From a virus (Duplodnaviria; Caudoviricetes), in the IMG/VR virus record IMGVR_UViG_3300029992_000006, positions 1 to 59,109 of that record: 59,109 nucleotides of DNA; one strand, written 5' to 3'. The notes below the pieces were generated by a model. That model saw only the letters and a list, made by a program, of their open reading frames with translations, did not search any database and was not told the DNA's origin. Both the position numbers and the translations under genes were made by a program. This document shows positions 7,982-17,716 of this stretch, in pieces. Position 1 is the first letter of the stretch, and the number at the start of each line of letters is the position of its first letter.

Positions 7982-10047
7982 GCTGGTCCAACGCAGTCAC
8001 CCAACCAGTGCAGGATGTCTCCGCTCGCCCAGCTATCCAGCTTGCGAAGATAGACTGGGCGCATCTCGTCGCACTTGATTTTGAATCATATTATGACGCA
8101 GATTACACCTTGTCCAAATTATCCACATCCGAATACGTCCGTGACCCGCGCTTCAAGGCGCATATGGTCGGCATCAAGATTGGGAACCGGAAAACCAAAG
8201 TCGTGCCGACAAACAAGATCGGTGCGGTTCTTAGAGCTATTGACTGGAAACGACATGATCTCCTTTGCCACAATACTGCCTTCGACGGCTTTATCCTTAG
8301 TCATCATTTTGGTGTTGTACCTCGTGTTTATCACGACACGTTATCAATGGCTCGCGGTCTCCACAGCAACGATATTGGTGCTTCTCTCGACGAAGTTGCT
8401 GGTTACTATGGAGTTGGGAACAAAATCGCCGACGTACTCGAACAGACCAAAGGCGTCCGAGACTTGCCCAAGCCCCTCTACAACGCCTGCGCGGAATACT
8501 GCGCTCAGGACGTTGAACTATGTCTGTCCGTCTTCAAGCGCATGCTGGAAGTCTACCCAGCCAGGGAGATTGACCTGATCGACATGACGATCCGCATGTT
8601 CTGCGATCCGGTCTTGAAAGTTGACATCCCCCGCGTCGAAAAGGAATTGGCGCGGGAGTTGAAAGAGCGGGAAGACCTGCTGCTCTCCGTCGATGTCAGT
8701 AACGTCCCAGACAAGGAACTGAAACTCGCCGAGCGCTCGCTGCCGGATCACGACAAACGGCTACTCAAAGCCAAGAAAATCATAGGGAGCAATGAAAGAT
8801 ATGCTGATCTTCTCCGTGCGGAAAACATCGAGCCGCCTACGAAAATCTCACCCGCATGGATTAAAAAACCAAAGGAGGAGCGTACTGACGAGGGTAAATA
8901 TGCGTATGCGTTCGCCAAAGACGACCAGGATTTTATCGAGCTACCGGGTCGGACAGAAACATGGTCTGGTGATCTGGACCTTAACAAAAAAGCGGACATT
9001 CAAAAGCTCGCTGCGCGTCAAACACGTATTCAACAACTTGTCGACGTTCGGATCGCAGTTAAATCCACCACGAATATCACGCGCGCCGAACGGTTTTTGA
9101 AGGCCGGTGCAGACGGCATGCCGCTGCCGGTTGGGTATGCCTACTACCGTGCGCATACAGGCAGATTCGGCGGCAACAACAAAATGAATATGCAGAACCT
9201 CAAGCGCGGCGGTGAGTTGCGGCTGTCGATTCTCGCGCCGCAGGGCCACCAGATAATTGTTGGTGATGCTGGGCAGATCGAGTGCCGCGTTAATGGTTGG
9301 CTCTGGGGTCAAGACGATCTGATGGAGTCCTTTCGCCAAGCAGATGCAGGTGTTGGCCGTGACGCGTACTGCAACTTCGCCGATTTCGTTTATGGCCGTG
9401 AAATCACCAAGGCAGACAAGATGGAACGGTTCGTCGGTAAGGTCTGCATTCTTGGCCTCGGCTTCCAAATGGGCGCTCCCAAGTTCCAGATCACACTCGC
9501 CAAGGGTGCGCTCGGTGGCCCTCCGGTGTTCTTCGATCTCGACCGCTGCAAAGCCATTGTCAATACTTACCGGCGCAAGAACCACAAGATCGTCAACGGC
9601 TGGGCGTTCTGCACACGCATCATTGAAGACATGGCTGCTGGACGGACTGGCTCATATAAGTGCCTGCACTGGGAGAAAGAGCGCATCTGGCTCCCGAATG
9701 GGATGTGCTTGAAATACCCAGACCTGAAAAAAAGCATGGGCGACATGGGCTGGGAGGAATGGTCGTACCAGTCCAAGCTCGCCCGCAAGAAGATATATGC
9801 AGGCCTGCTCGATGAGAATATTGTCCAGGCGCTTGCCCGCATCATCGTCATGGATCAAATGGTGGAGATCGGCCAGAAACGTCGTGTCGTTATGACAACC
9901 CACGACGAGATCGCCATTATCGCCCGCACACGTTCCGCCCCAGTCGCATACCGCGAACTGGACAAGATCATGCGTACACCGCCCTGGTGGTGCGCCGATC
10001 TGCCGATGATGTCCGAGGGTGGCTTCGCCTTCAACTACAGCAAATAA
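7978..10047 (+). CDS. polA: family A DNA polymerase with 3'-5' exonuclease domain
   Basis: Exo motifs LDFES, HNTAFD, YCAQD; HTGRF; motif A DAGQIECR; motif B RFVGKVCILGLGF; motif C THDE. Confidence 0.93.
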   Translation: MSWSNAVTQPVQDVSARPAIQLAKIDWAHLVALDFESYYDADYTLSKLSTSEYVRDPRFKAHMVGIKIGNRKTKVVPTNKIGAVLRAIDWKRHDLLCHNTAFDGFILSHHFGVVPRVYHDTLSMARGLHSNDIGASLDEVAGYYGVGNKIADVLEQTKGVRDLPKPLYNACAEYCAQDVELCLSVFKRMLEVYPAREIDLIDMTIRMFCDPVLKVDIPRVEKELARELKEREDLLLSVDVSNVPDKELKLAERSLPDHDKRLLKAKKIIGSNERYADLLRAENIEPPTKISPAWIKKPKEERTDEGKYAYAFAKDDQDFIELPGRTETWSGDLDLNKKADIQKLAARQTRIQQLVDVRIAVKSTTNITRAERFLKAGADGMPLPVGYAYYRAHTGRFGGNNKMNMQNLKRGGELRLSILAPQGHQIIVGDAGQIECRVNGWLWGQDDLMESFRQADAGVGRDAYCNFADFVYGREITKADKMERFVGKVCILGLGFQMGAPKFQITLAKGALGGPPVFFDLDRCKAIVNTYRRKNHKIVNGWAFCTRIIEDMAAGRTGSYKCLHWEKERIWLPNGMCLKYPDLKKSMGDMGWEEWSYQSKLARKKIYAGLLDENIVQALARIIVMDQMVEIGQKRRVVMTTHDEIAIIARTRSAPVAYRELDKIMRTPPWWCADLPMMSEGGFAFNYSK

Positions 10048-10058
10048 GGAGAAAGACA

Positions 10059-10742
10059 ATGGGATACCGCTGCGCCCGACCGGGCAGAATGACCTACGCC
10101 TCTTGCGAGGCAGCACTAAAGACGGCGCGCAATCGCAGCAACGGCAAACCGATAGCAGGTAATCTGCGCATCTTCGAGCGCCATAACCATCTGGCAGTGC
10201 AATATTACAGCACCGACATCGTTCGATACTACTCGGATGGGTCGATTGAAATCAGTACCAGCCACACCCAGTACTGCACTCTTGACAAGATCGGCAGGCT
10301 GACCGGCAAGTGGGTCGGCACAAGAGCTTTGCCGCTATTCAATAAGCGCAAGCCCGACCCAGAAAAGCTCCATGCTGTCGATGGTGTGGTATTCAGCGGG
10401 GTGAACGGCTATCTGCGCTTCGGCCCTGATGGTAAGGTCGATACCGCGTCTGTACGCGGGCAGAATATCGCGATCATCACGAACTCCGCAGCGATCCGCG
10501 CAGCCCGCAAGAAGGCCAAGACGATCTGCGACCAGTTGGTACTACGCAATAAGCTGGGCGTAACCGGCAGACACTCGCTCTCATTTCAATGGCTCCAGTA
10601 CAACCTGGATACCCCGCTCGACCGGATCAACTATGACGTGTATTCCGACGCTCCGCACGCCGTGTATGACAGAGCATCACCTCACTGGTTCGCCGGTCGT
10701 ATCGGCGCGTCAGAAACAATTCAATTCAAGGAGTTTGCATGA
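10059..10742 (+). CDS. hypothetical protein
   Basis: TAAGGAG before ATG10059. Confidence 0.75.
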   Translation: MGYRCARPGRMTYASCEAALKTARNRSNGKPIAGNLRIFERHNHLAVQYYSTDIVRYYSDGSIEISTSHTQYCTLDKIGRLTGKWVGTRALPLFNKRKPDPEKLHAVDGVVFSGVNGYLRFGPDGKVDTASVRGQNIAIITNSAAIRAARKKAKTICDQLVLRNKLGVTGRHSLSFQWLQYNLDTPLDRINYDVYSDAPHAVYDRASPHWFAGRIGASETIQFKEFA

Positions 10743-11056
10743 CCCTCAAAATCGAATGCGCCGAACACTTCGCCGCAGTAATGGATTTCGCTGTCAACCA
10801 GGGATGTCTACTGAAGTTGGCAGAACGGCTTGACTACCTAGCTCGTTACGGGGAAGGCAACAATGTCTGCCACTTGCACAAAGACTTCGCTCCGAACAGC
10901 TTCGGGTTCGTGATGATGCGCCCAGACGGTTCGCGCTGGTTCAATGGCGGACTGATCTATTCCGGCCCAGGCCAACCGCTTGACGGCTCCGGTCCAGCGT
11001 TGACTGTGGGGATTGGAATCGACTCGTCAAAGCACGGATGGAGCATACATACGTGA
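10739..11056 (+). CDS. DUF4120-like protein
   Basis: DFAPNSFGF, NGGLIY and WSIHT motifs. Confidence 0.7.
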   Translation: MTLKIECAEHFAAVMDFAVNQGCLLKLAERLDYLARYGEGNNVCHLHKDFAPNSFGFVMMRPDGSRWFNGGLIYSGPGQPLDGSGPALTVGIGIDSSKHGWSIHT

Positions 11057-11139
11057 TGTTTTTTCGCACGCCGCGTTCTATTTATTTTTATAGATCGTAA
11101 TATAATCTTGCACGTATCTAATTATTGGGAGTAATATTC

Positions 11140-11553
11140 ATGAATGCCGCAACCATCACACCGATCAGCAAAGCCAAGCCAATGACACTCGGTAAAACCA
11201 TCGACACCCTATGGGAACTGCGCGAAAAGAAGCGCATGAAGGAAGCCGAGATCAAGGAAATCGAGGGGCTTATTGCCGCCTCGGAATCTAATCTGTTAGA
11301 TAGACTGGATGCCGAGGATTCGAAGAAGGCTGAAGGCAAGTGCGCTTCCGCCAGCATCACGGAGTCCGTCACTTTCAACATCGCGGATTTCGACGCTTTC
11401 GCCAAGTACGTGGCGAAAACCAAGTTTTTCCACCTGTTTCAACGCCGTGTGAGCGTCACGGCGGCTCGTGAAATTTTCGAGCAGAAAGGGCAGGTTCCCG
11501 GCCTCGTCCCGTTCACCGCCCGCAAGATCAACCTGCGTTCCCTCTCCAAATAG
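11140..11553 (+). CDS. hypothetical replication-region protein (coiled-coil N-terminus)
   Basis: GGAG SD; TATAAT at 11101. Confidence 0.75.
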   Translation: MNAATITPISKAKPMTLGKTIDTLWELREKKRMKEAEIKEIEGLIAASESNLLDRLDAEDSKKAEGKCASASITESVTFNIADFDAFAKYVAKTKFFHLFQRRVSVTAAREIFEQKGQVPGLVPFTARKINLRSLSK

Positions 11554-11563
11554 AAAGTAAATC

Positions 11564-12328
11564 ATGGCAACCAAAAAGCCCGCAGCACCAGCAAAAACAG
11601 GAACCGCAGTCGCGGTCAAAAAAGCCGGCAACATCGTCGATATCCGCGCACTGCTGGCGAAAGAAATCGAAGGCCTCGCTTCCCGCGTCGGTACCCCCGG
11701 TGGTGACAGCATCAAGGTCACGCAGGACAAGAAATTCGAGTTCCCCGACGGCACCAAGTCCACAGGCCCGATCAAGCTGGTGATTGTCGATTTCGTCAGC
11801 GTCAACAAGTTCTATGAAGGCGCATACGACCCGAACGCCATCGTGCCGCCAGCCTGCTTCGCTATCGGTCAAAACCCGACTCAACTGGTACCCAGCAAGA
11901 ACAGCCCGGTCGCTCAGTGCTCGTCCTGCTCGGCGTGCGCGATGAATCAGTTCGGCTCTGCTGGTGCTGGCAAGGCATGCAAGAACAGCCGCGTGCTGGC
12001 CGTGCTACCTCCTGGTGCTGTTGAAGACACCCCACTCTGGATACTGAATGTCTCACCGACTGCATTGAAGTCGTTCGACGCCTATGTCACCAGCGTGGCA
12101 CGCTCGTTCCAGCTACCGCCAGTCAGTGTTGTCACTGAAGTGTCATTCGACGACAGCGTGACCTACGCGTCGCTGCGCTTCGGCAATCCTGAACCGAACG
12201 AAAACCTCGTCGTCTGTTTCGGGCGCAAGGAAGAAGCGATGGCGCGGTTGTTGACCGAGCCGGATGTGTCCCAGTACGATGCACCTGCCCCGCCGAAGAA
12301 AGCAGTGTCCCCAGGCCGGCGCAAGTAA
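11564..12328 (+). CDS. putative ssDNA-binding/recombination protein
   Basis: PPACFA, CxxCxxN and GKACKN motifs; position near polA. Confidence 0.55.
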   Translation: MATKKPAAPAKTGTAVAVKKAGNIVDIRALLAKEIEGLASRVGTPGGDSIKVTQDKKFEFPDGTKSTGPIKLVIVDFVSVNKFYEGAYDPNAIVPPACFAIGQNPTQLVPSKNSPVAQCSSCSACAMNQFGSAGAGKACKNSRVLAVLPPGAVEDTPLWILNVSPTALKSFDAYVTSVARSFQLPPVSVVTEVSFDDSVTYASLRFGNPEPNENLVVCFGRKEEAMARLLTEPDVSQYDAPAPPKKAVSPGRRK

Positions 12329-12404
12329 TTAACAATCGTTCACAGTTTCTACCATGTTTATGGGATACCGCACTCTAGTCAGCCCCTGATAGAGTGCGAG
12401 CCAT

Positions 12405-12423
12405 AAAAAAAAAAAAAAAAAAA
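12405..12423 (+). repeat. poly-A homopolymer, 19 nt
   Basis: Counted directly. Confidence 0.9.
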
Positions 12424-12434
12424 CAATATCTAAA

Positions 12435-12662
12435 ATGACAAAACCCCGCGAGTGGTTCATCAACCAAGCACTCCTATCTGTTTCCAGTCTCAATGCGATA
12501 TTGCCTGAGCTGACTGCAGTAGAGATCGATGCCTGTCTCGATCTCGAATCCCAATCTACTCGGCGCAAGTCGATAGTAGTCCGACTCATCGCACGGGCTG
12601 TCAAGCTCAATGCAGCTGAGTTCGCTTTAAAACTGCAGTCCAAGTATGCCGCGTCCCTTTAG
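12435..12662 (+). CDS. hypothetical protein
   Basis: 75-aa ORF in operon orientation; no clear SD. Confidence 0.65.
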   Translation: MTKPREWFINQALLSVSSLNAILPELTAVEIDACLDLESQSTRRKSIVVRLIARAVKLNAAEFALKLQSKYAASL

Positions 12663-12717
12663 GCCGGCAAAGTAAACGCGCATCCCGCGCAAAGTAGTTC
12701 ACAACAGGAAGAAAATC

Positions 12718-13098
12718 ATGGCACGTACTCAATCAAAAATCTTGTCCCAAACCGAAATCAAGGCCGTCAACACTGCTGCCGCCACCAAGCTGAAAGAAGC
12801 CAAAGCGGCGCAAAAGGCTGCGCGGGATGCAGTCGGGGCTGCGCTGAAGGCGCGTGACGCCACCGTTGCCGCTGCTCACAAGGAGTATACAGCGTTTCTC
12901 AAGGCGCACACGAAGGAGGCTGAGGCCGCTACCGCTGCGTACAACAAGAACGTGGCTGGTTTCGTCAAGGCGCACAACGTAGCGTCGAAGGACTTGCTCA
13001 AGGCCGCAGCAGCCGCTGACAAGGCTGTGGCTGTCGCTGAGAAGGCAATGCCTCCAAAACCAGCAGCGAACGACGCGCAACGCCAAGCAGCAGCGTAA
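12718..13098 (+). CDS. Ala/Lys-rich helical (histone-like) protein
   Basis: AGGA SD; amino-acid composition. Confidence 0.65.
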   Translation: MARTQSKILSQTEIKAVNTAAATKLKEAKAAQKAARDAVGAALKARDATVAAAHKEYTAFLKAHTKEAEAATAAYNKNVAGFVKAHNVASKDLLKAAAAADKAVAVAEKAMPPKPAANDAQRQAAA

Positions 13099-13154
13099 TA
13101 CCGCAGCACCGTAGTACCACCCCGACCTCTGGCGTCGGGGGAATGGACAACTAA

Positions 13155-13721
13155 ATGGATGTAGGCATGATTAAGATGAACTATCCGGCCATCATGATTG
13201 ACCTTGAAACTTTAGGCACTCGTGCTGACGCTGTAATCATTAGCATCGGAGCGGTCAAGTTCGACCCAAACTCCGACGCTCACGACAATAACGGGTTCTA
13301 CTCGTCAGTGTCGGTTGACAGTAATACCGAAGCAGGCCGCCATATCAGCGAAGCGACGTTAAACTGGTGGATGGAACAACCTCTTGACGCACGCGCGGTG
13401 TTTCAAGAGCCAAAAAACACGCTGGCTTCTGCCCTCGATAATTTCGTGGACTGGATTGGCCCCGGCAAGTATCAGATGTGGAGCAACGGGTCGGACTTCG
13501 ACATCCCGATGATCGGCCACGCACTTGTGACGCACGGCAAGGAAATACCGTGGGACTTCTGGGACAACCGCTGCTTCCGCACCATCAAGAACTTACCGAT
13601 GTGTAAAAACGCACCGAAGGTTCTCAACCCAGGCAAACACAACGCACTGTCGGACGCGCTCACGCAGGCGAAACAACTCCAGCAGTATTTTAAAATCATT
13701 TACGGAAGGAAAGCAGCATGA
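13155..13721 (+). CDS. DEDDh 3'-5' exonuclease (DUF5051/Rv2179c-like)
   Basis: IDLETLG; WSNGSDFD; HNALSDA; exact start uncertain. Confidence 0.85.
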   Translation: MDVGMIKMNYPAIMIDLETLGTRADAVIISIGAVKFDPNSDAHDNNGFYSSVSVDSNTEAGRHISEATLNWWMEQPLDARAVFQEPKNTLASALDNFVDWIGPGKYQMWSNGSDFDIPMIGHALVTHGKEIPWDFWDNRCFRTIKNLPMCKNAPKVLNPGKHNALSDALTQAKQLQQYFKIIYGRKAA

Positions 13722-13912
13722 GGCTTTATCAGACGACAGGAGAAAACGGCGAGGTTGTATCCCACTGGTCCGGCGCGCAGGCCGACTCCAGCAAAGACCG
13801 CGTGGTACTGAAGAAAGCGGGTTGCGGCAGAATCGAAACCCACGAGTATGATATCCCGACCGACAAGGTCGGCTTGTTGAAGTGGCTGAATGACAACAAG
13901 GTGGTCGTGTGA
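13718..13912 (+). CDS. hypothetical protein
   Basis: Overlap-coupled to neighbours. Confidence 0.65.
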   Translation: MRLYQTTGENGEVVSHWSGAQADSSKDRVVLKKAGCGRIETHEYDIPTDKVGLLKWLNDNKVVV

Positions 13913-14208
13913 ACATTGACGACACCCTCGCTGAACGTGGCAAGCGGTACGGCATGTTCGTTGAACATGCCGCCATCGCGCAGAACATTCAAGATGTGAT
14001 GCGAGTAGTTCCTGGCTGGGGCCGGTTGGCCTCAGACCAGAAGCAGGCGCTGACCGTCATTGCTGACAAGATCGCCAGGATGTTGAACGGTGATCCGGAC
14101 TGGATCGATAACTGGCACGATGTGATCGGGTACGCGAAGCTGGTCGAGACTCGCATGCTTGCCGATCAGGCACCGAAAGAACCGTTGAAGGTAGCGCGTG
14201 GCAAGTAA
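13909..14208 (+). CDS. DUF6378-like protein (all-alpha NTP-pyrophosphatase-like)
   Basis: LAERGKRYG; KIARMLNGDP; DNWHDVIGY. Confidence 0.75.
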   Translation: MNIDDTLAERGKRYGMFVEHAAIAQNIQDVMRVVPGWGRLASDQKQALTVIADKIARMLNGDPDWIDNWHDVIGYAKLVETRMLADQAPKEPLKVARGK

Positions 14209-14593
14209 GCCCGAAACCACCTTTTATACAGGTGTCCATAAATACCTCCCGACTTGGCTGTACAAGGTAAAAATGTACAATCCATTTGTCGGGGGGATTT
14301 TTGATTTTTGGATTTCAGGCAAGCACGACCTCTGGGTGGAATATAAATTCCTTGTCCTCCCCAAGCGCGACAACACCATGATCGACATCACACTTTCCCC
14401 TCTGCAACTGCAATGGGGTGAGAACAGACACCTCGAAGGCCGCAACCTCGCCGTCATCGTCGGCTGCAGGGAAGGCGGCGTCCTGTTCAGAAACAGACGG
14501 TGGGAACTGCCGATCTCCTGCGCCGAATTCAAAGCATTACTCCAAACCCGAGCAGAACTGGCGAGGGCCATCGTCGAGCTTACCGGAAGTTAA
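14198..14593 (+). CDS. VRR-NUC / Holliday-junction resolvase-like nuclease
   Basis: PE...GIFD...WVEYK...LSPLQ. Confidence 0.7.
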   Translation: MASKPETTFYTGVHKYLPTWLYKVKMYNPFVGGIFDFWISGKHDLWVEYKFLVLPKRDNTMIDITLSPLQLQWGENRHLEGRNLAVIVGCREGGVLFRNRRWELPISCAEFKALLQTRAELARAIVELTGS

Positions 14594-14754
14594 CATGAAC
14601 TTCGTACATTTATTCACCGCCGTGCGGGTATTAACCGCCACGCATCGGCTAATCGTGACCGCTCTTCTAATATACTGTCTGATTTCGCGGGCAAGACAAG
14701 GCCAACTCGAATCTGAATGCCTCCGCCAACACCGCTATTAACCAGGGAAAGACC

Positions 14755-15150
14755 ATGAGAACAGAAGCTGGGCTTTTTGCCCTCCTCGAAAAAATACTGA
14801 AAGAAGCCGATCAGCCAATGACATGTAACATGCTGTACGACCGCGCAGAAGTTAAGTTATTCGCCGAGTCTGCGCACCGAGTATCCGATTACCTTGGCGG
14901 TCTCTGGCGCAAAGGTCGAGTCACGCGCTCGGCTGCTCCAAAAGTCGAAGGCGACAACGCACGCTGGGCGTATTCAGTGGTAAGCCAGAAGCCAGGCAAA
15001 GCTCCGCGCCTGAGTGGCGAAGAGTCGCATTTAAGCCTTGTGCCGAACGCTCGGTCGATCCTGAGCAAGCCCGGTATCGAGATCAGTGAAAACGGCAACC
15101 TGATCGTGATCGACCTACCGCAATTGACCCTGACCATACGGATGAAATGA
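14755..15150 (+). CDS. hypothetical protein, possible winged-HTH
   Basis: 131-aa ORF; VSDYLGGLWRKG. Confidence 0.6.
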   Translation: MRTEAGLFALLEKILKEADQPMTCNMLYDRAEVKLFAESAHRVSDYLGGLWRKGRVTRSAAPKVEGDNARWAYSVVSQKPGKAPRLSGEESHLSLVPNARSILSKPGIEISENGNLIVIDLPQLTLTIRMK

Positions 15151-15153
15151 GCC

Positions 15154-15447
15154 ATGCTGACCGTGAAACAAGCCGCCGAAGTGCTTGGGATCAGCCCGAG
15201 CACAGTGTATGGCATCGCCGCCCCAGCCGGCCAGCTACCGTGCTATCGCGTGGGACGTGCTGTTCGGTTCGAGATGTCAGATATTGAGGAGTATAAACAA
15301 TCATGCCGGTGCGCCCCATTAAACCCGGAAAGCGTAGGAAGCTCACGTTTAGTCGCGTTATCACCGAGCAGCGGGCTTCGAGATATCTTCCTGAAAGCAG
15401 GTCTCGCGCACAAGTCCAAGCCTACACCCAATAAGGAGTTCACATGA
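15154..15447 (+). CDS. HTH_17 excisionase-like DNA-binding protein
   Basis: LTVKQAAEVLGISPSTVY...LPCYRVGRAVRF. Confidence 0.85.
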   Translation: MLTVKQAAEVLGISPSTVYGIAAPAGQLPCYRVGRAVRFEMSDIEEYKQSCRCAPLNPESVGSSRLVALSPSSGLRDIFLKAGLAHKSKPTPNKEFT

Positions 15448-15629
15448 ACAGTATCTCCACCCCACGCCTACTGACACTCGCCGCATGGGCGGAAACAATA
15501 TGCGGGGAGCACGCCCCATGTATTACCACGCTGCGCCGTTGGGCCAGGGAAGGCAGAATCACCCCGCAGCCGGTCAAATACGGCAAGTTGTACTTTGTCG
15601 AACGGCACGCCAAATATCAAGGTGACTGA
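15444..15629 (+). CDS. xis: lambda-type excisionase
   Basis: LLTLAAWA...TLRRWAREGRITPQPVKYGKLY; directly upstream of the integrase. Confidence 0.85.
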   Translation: MNSISTPRLLTLAAWAETICGEHAPCITTLRRWAREGRITPQPVKYGKLYFVERHAKYQGD

Positions 15630-15630
15630 A

Positions 15631-16734
15631 ATGAGCCGACTGCGCGACCCGAAGCACAAGGGGTTTCCCCCCAACCTGTACATTAATAGCGCCGGGTATT
15701 TCTTTTACCGAAACACGCTGAACGGCAAGACCAAAGGACTCGGGCGCGACAAAGCCAATGCCTTCCGCGAGGCGCGAAACGCCAACGCGGTAGTGGCCAC
15801 CCAGGCCCCCTCTCCGCTGGTCGACTGGGTATCCGGCGTCAAGCAGCATACCCTCAAAGAATGGGTGCCATTGTACAAGGAGCTGTGGATCGGGAAGAAG
15901 AAACCCGCCGAACAGACATTGCGCATGCAGCTCACCTACCTTGACCGTATCGCTAACGCCGAGTTTTCCTGGATGGAACTGAAGGCTGTTACCACGGCGC
16001 ATGTCGCTAAATTCGTCGATGCCGTCGAGCAAGAAAGTGGTGCTGCCACTGCTGGTTTTATTCGGTCCCGTCTCAGCGACGTATTCAAGATGGCAATCTC
16101 CAAGGGCGAGGTAGCGGACGGTAAAAACCCCGTCGATTCCACTTACCGGCCAGCATACGAAGTCAAGCGCGACCGACTATCGCTTGAGCAGTATCATGCT
16201 GTCAGGGAAGTCGCGCAGCCGTGGCTGGTCGATGCGATGGACTTGGCCCTGCTGACTGCACAGCGCCGGGAAGAGATCGCTGGAGCTATGTTCGCCGACT
16301 TCCGTGATGGGTTCATCTACTTCGTCCCTGGTAAGATGCAGGGAAAAGTGCGGCTGCAGCAGGACGCCAGCATCGGTCTTGCCGTTGTGAACAGGACAAT
16401 TGCCGATGTGATCAAGCAGTGCCGAAACCGTGCGGTCAGCCAATTCATGGTCCACCACCAGAAACGCCACGCGACAGCGAAGCCCGGTGACGGGCTTTCG
16501 GTAGCAGCAATCACCCATGCGTTCAGTACAGCTTATAAAAAAGCCAAGGTTGTGCCGACAGTTGGACGAACGCCTGCTTCTTTCCATGAAATACGCAGTT
16601 TGTCCGAAAGATTGTATCGGGATCAGTATGGTCCTGAGTTCGCCCAGGCAATGTTGGGGCATAAGAATGCTACCATGACGGCGGAATATGACGATTTGCG
16701 CGGTTCCGGCTGGCAAGTTATTAGCGCCAAGTAG
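15631..16734 (+). CDS. int: tyrosine integrase, lambda type with arm-binding domain
   Basis: PPNLY...FFYR...GKTKGLG arm domain; TAQR; FHEIRSL; LGH; Y in AEYD. Confidence 0.93.
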   Translation: MSRLRDPKHKGFPPNLYINSAGYFFYRNTLNGKTKGLGRDKANAFREARNANAVVATQAPSPLVDWVSGVKQHTLKEWVPLYKELWIGKKKPAEQTLRMQLTYLDRIANAEFSWMELKAVTTAHVAKFVDAVEQESGAATAGFIRSRLSDVFKMAISKGEVADGKNPVDSTYRPAYEVKRDRLSLEQYHAVREVAQPWLVDAMDLALLTAQRREEIAGAMFADFRDGFIYFVPGKMQGKVRLQQDASIGLAVVNRTIADVIKQCRNRAVSQFMVHHQKRHATAKPGDGLSVAAITHAFSTAYKKAKVVPTVGRTPASFHEIRSLSERLYRDQYGPEFAQAMLGHKNATMTAEYDDLRGSGWQVISAK

Positions 16735-16744
16735 CACCTTCGTT

Positions 16745-16975
16745 TTTGGAATCTATTTAACGAATTTTTAACGAAGCGACCAACAATGGCTCAGGCCGTG
16801 GCTTCCCGGCCTCCCGACATTTTCATGGTATAAACCCGCTCTAAAAATAACATTATGCAACAAAATCAAATACTTAGTGCATTTGCGTCTAACAATCTAA
16901 CGCTATCTTACGCAATCTAACGTGATAATAAGAGGCTGTAAAATCAATGACTTAACGAATCTATTTTAACGAAAA
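16745..16975. promoter_or_regulatory. putative attP
   Basis: TTAACGAA pairs at 16757/16768 and 16952/16966; WATCAANNNNTTR (IHF) matches at 16864-16876 and 16942-16954; AT-rich and adjacent to int. Confidence 0.7.
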
Positions 16976-16980
16976 TCACC

Positions 16981-17205
16981 ATGAACAACGAATGGACAAA
17001 TCAGGATTCTACCGCAGCCCGCTCCCAAGGCTGGGATGTGTTTGAAATCTGGGACGGGAGGCTGGAGTACGAGATACAGAAAAATGATAAATCCAACATC
17101 TTTTTGTCCGACGAAGCCGCCCGTCTGCACGTTAAAACTTTTTCAAATATCAACGACCTCTGCCGGAAGGCATGGGCACTCGCGTTCAGGAGCAAGACAA
17201 AATGA
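16981..17205 (+). CDS. hypothetical protein, distant paralogue of ORFs 18934 and 19164
   Basis: QGW...FLSDEAARLHV pattern. Confidence 0.65.
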   Translation: MNNEWTNQDSTAARSQGWDVFEIWDGRLEYEIQKNDKSNIFLSDEAARLHVKTFSNINDLCRKAWALAFRSKTK

Positions 17206-17420
17206 CAACTCCTAACCGCCTGTTCAATGAGTTACTAGAATACAACTCTTTCAAAACAGACACTACCCTAGCGGCATGGCTCGGCATTCCAAGGTCAATG
17301 TTGAGCATGATGCGCGCCAAGGATCGTGACATAGGCGCTGGCCTCATCCTGAAGGTCTACGACCGCACCGGCTGGTCGGTTGAACGTATCCGCCAGCTGG
17401 CGGGTGCGGGGCCGCTATGA
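17202..17420 (+). CDS. XRE/Cro-like HTH regulator
   Basis: TDTTLAAWLGIPRSMLSMMR...IGAGLILKV. Confidence 0.7.
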   Translation: MTTPNRLFNELLEYNSFKTDTTLAAWLGIPRSMLSMMRAKDRDIGAGLILKVYDRTGWSVERIRQLAGAGPL

Positions 17421-17716
17421 AGCGTTCTGAGCACCCCTACCGCGCCAAAGAAACCCTGTTCGATGTCTCGTTTGAGATGGGGTACGCGTGGAGCAAACAG
17501 ACCCTGGAGGCGCAGGAATACATATTGGACACTATTGGTGGTTCCAGGGGTCTTGCAGAACAGGCTGTCCTATGGGCAGAGGAGTTCGAAACGATGTACC
17601 GACTCAAGGAAACCGACCCGCAAATCGGGGATTACCTCCAAGAACTAGATGAATTTTTCACAACCAAGTGGTCGGCGTTCATCGCCGAGCACGTAGCCAA
17701 AAGGATGACGGAATGA
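17417..17716 (+). CDS. hypothetical protein
   Basis: ATGA-coupled on both sides. Confidence 0.7.
   Translation: MKRSEHPYRAKETLFDVSFEMGYAWSKQTLEAQEYILDTIGGSRGLAEQAVLWAEEFETMYRLKETDPQIGDYLQELDEFFTTKWSAFIAEHVAKRMTE

Noticed and set aside
12329-12643. Minus-strand ORF with poly-Phe across the A19 run
   Set aside because: Antisense to a plausible + strand gene in a + strand operon
7978-14208. Z-base (2-aminoadenine) or other modified-genome pathway
   Set aside because: No PurZ, HD-domain dATPase or other synthetase recognised in the window; polymerase residues alone are insufficient
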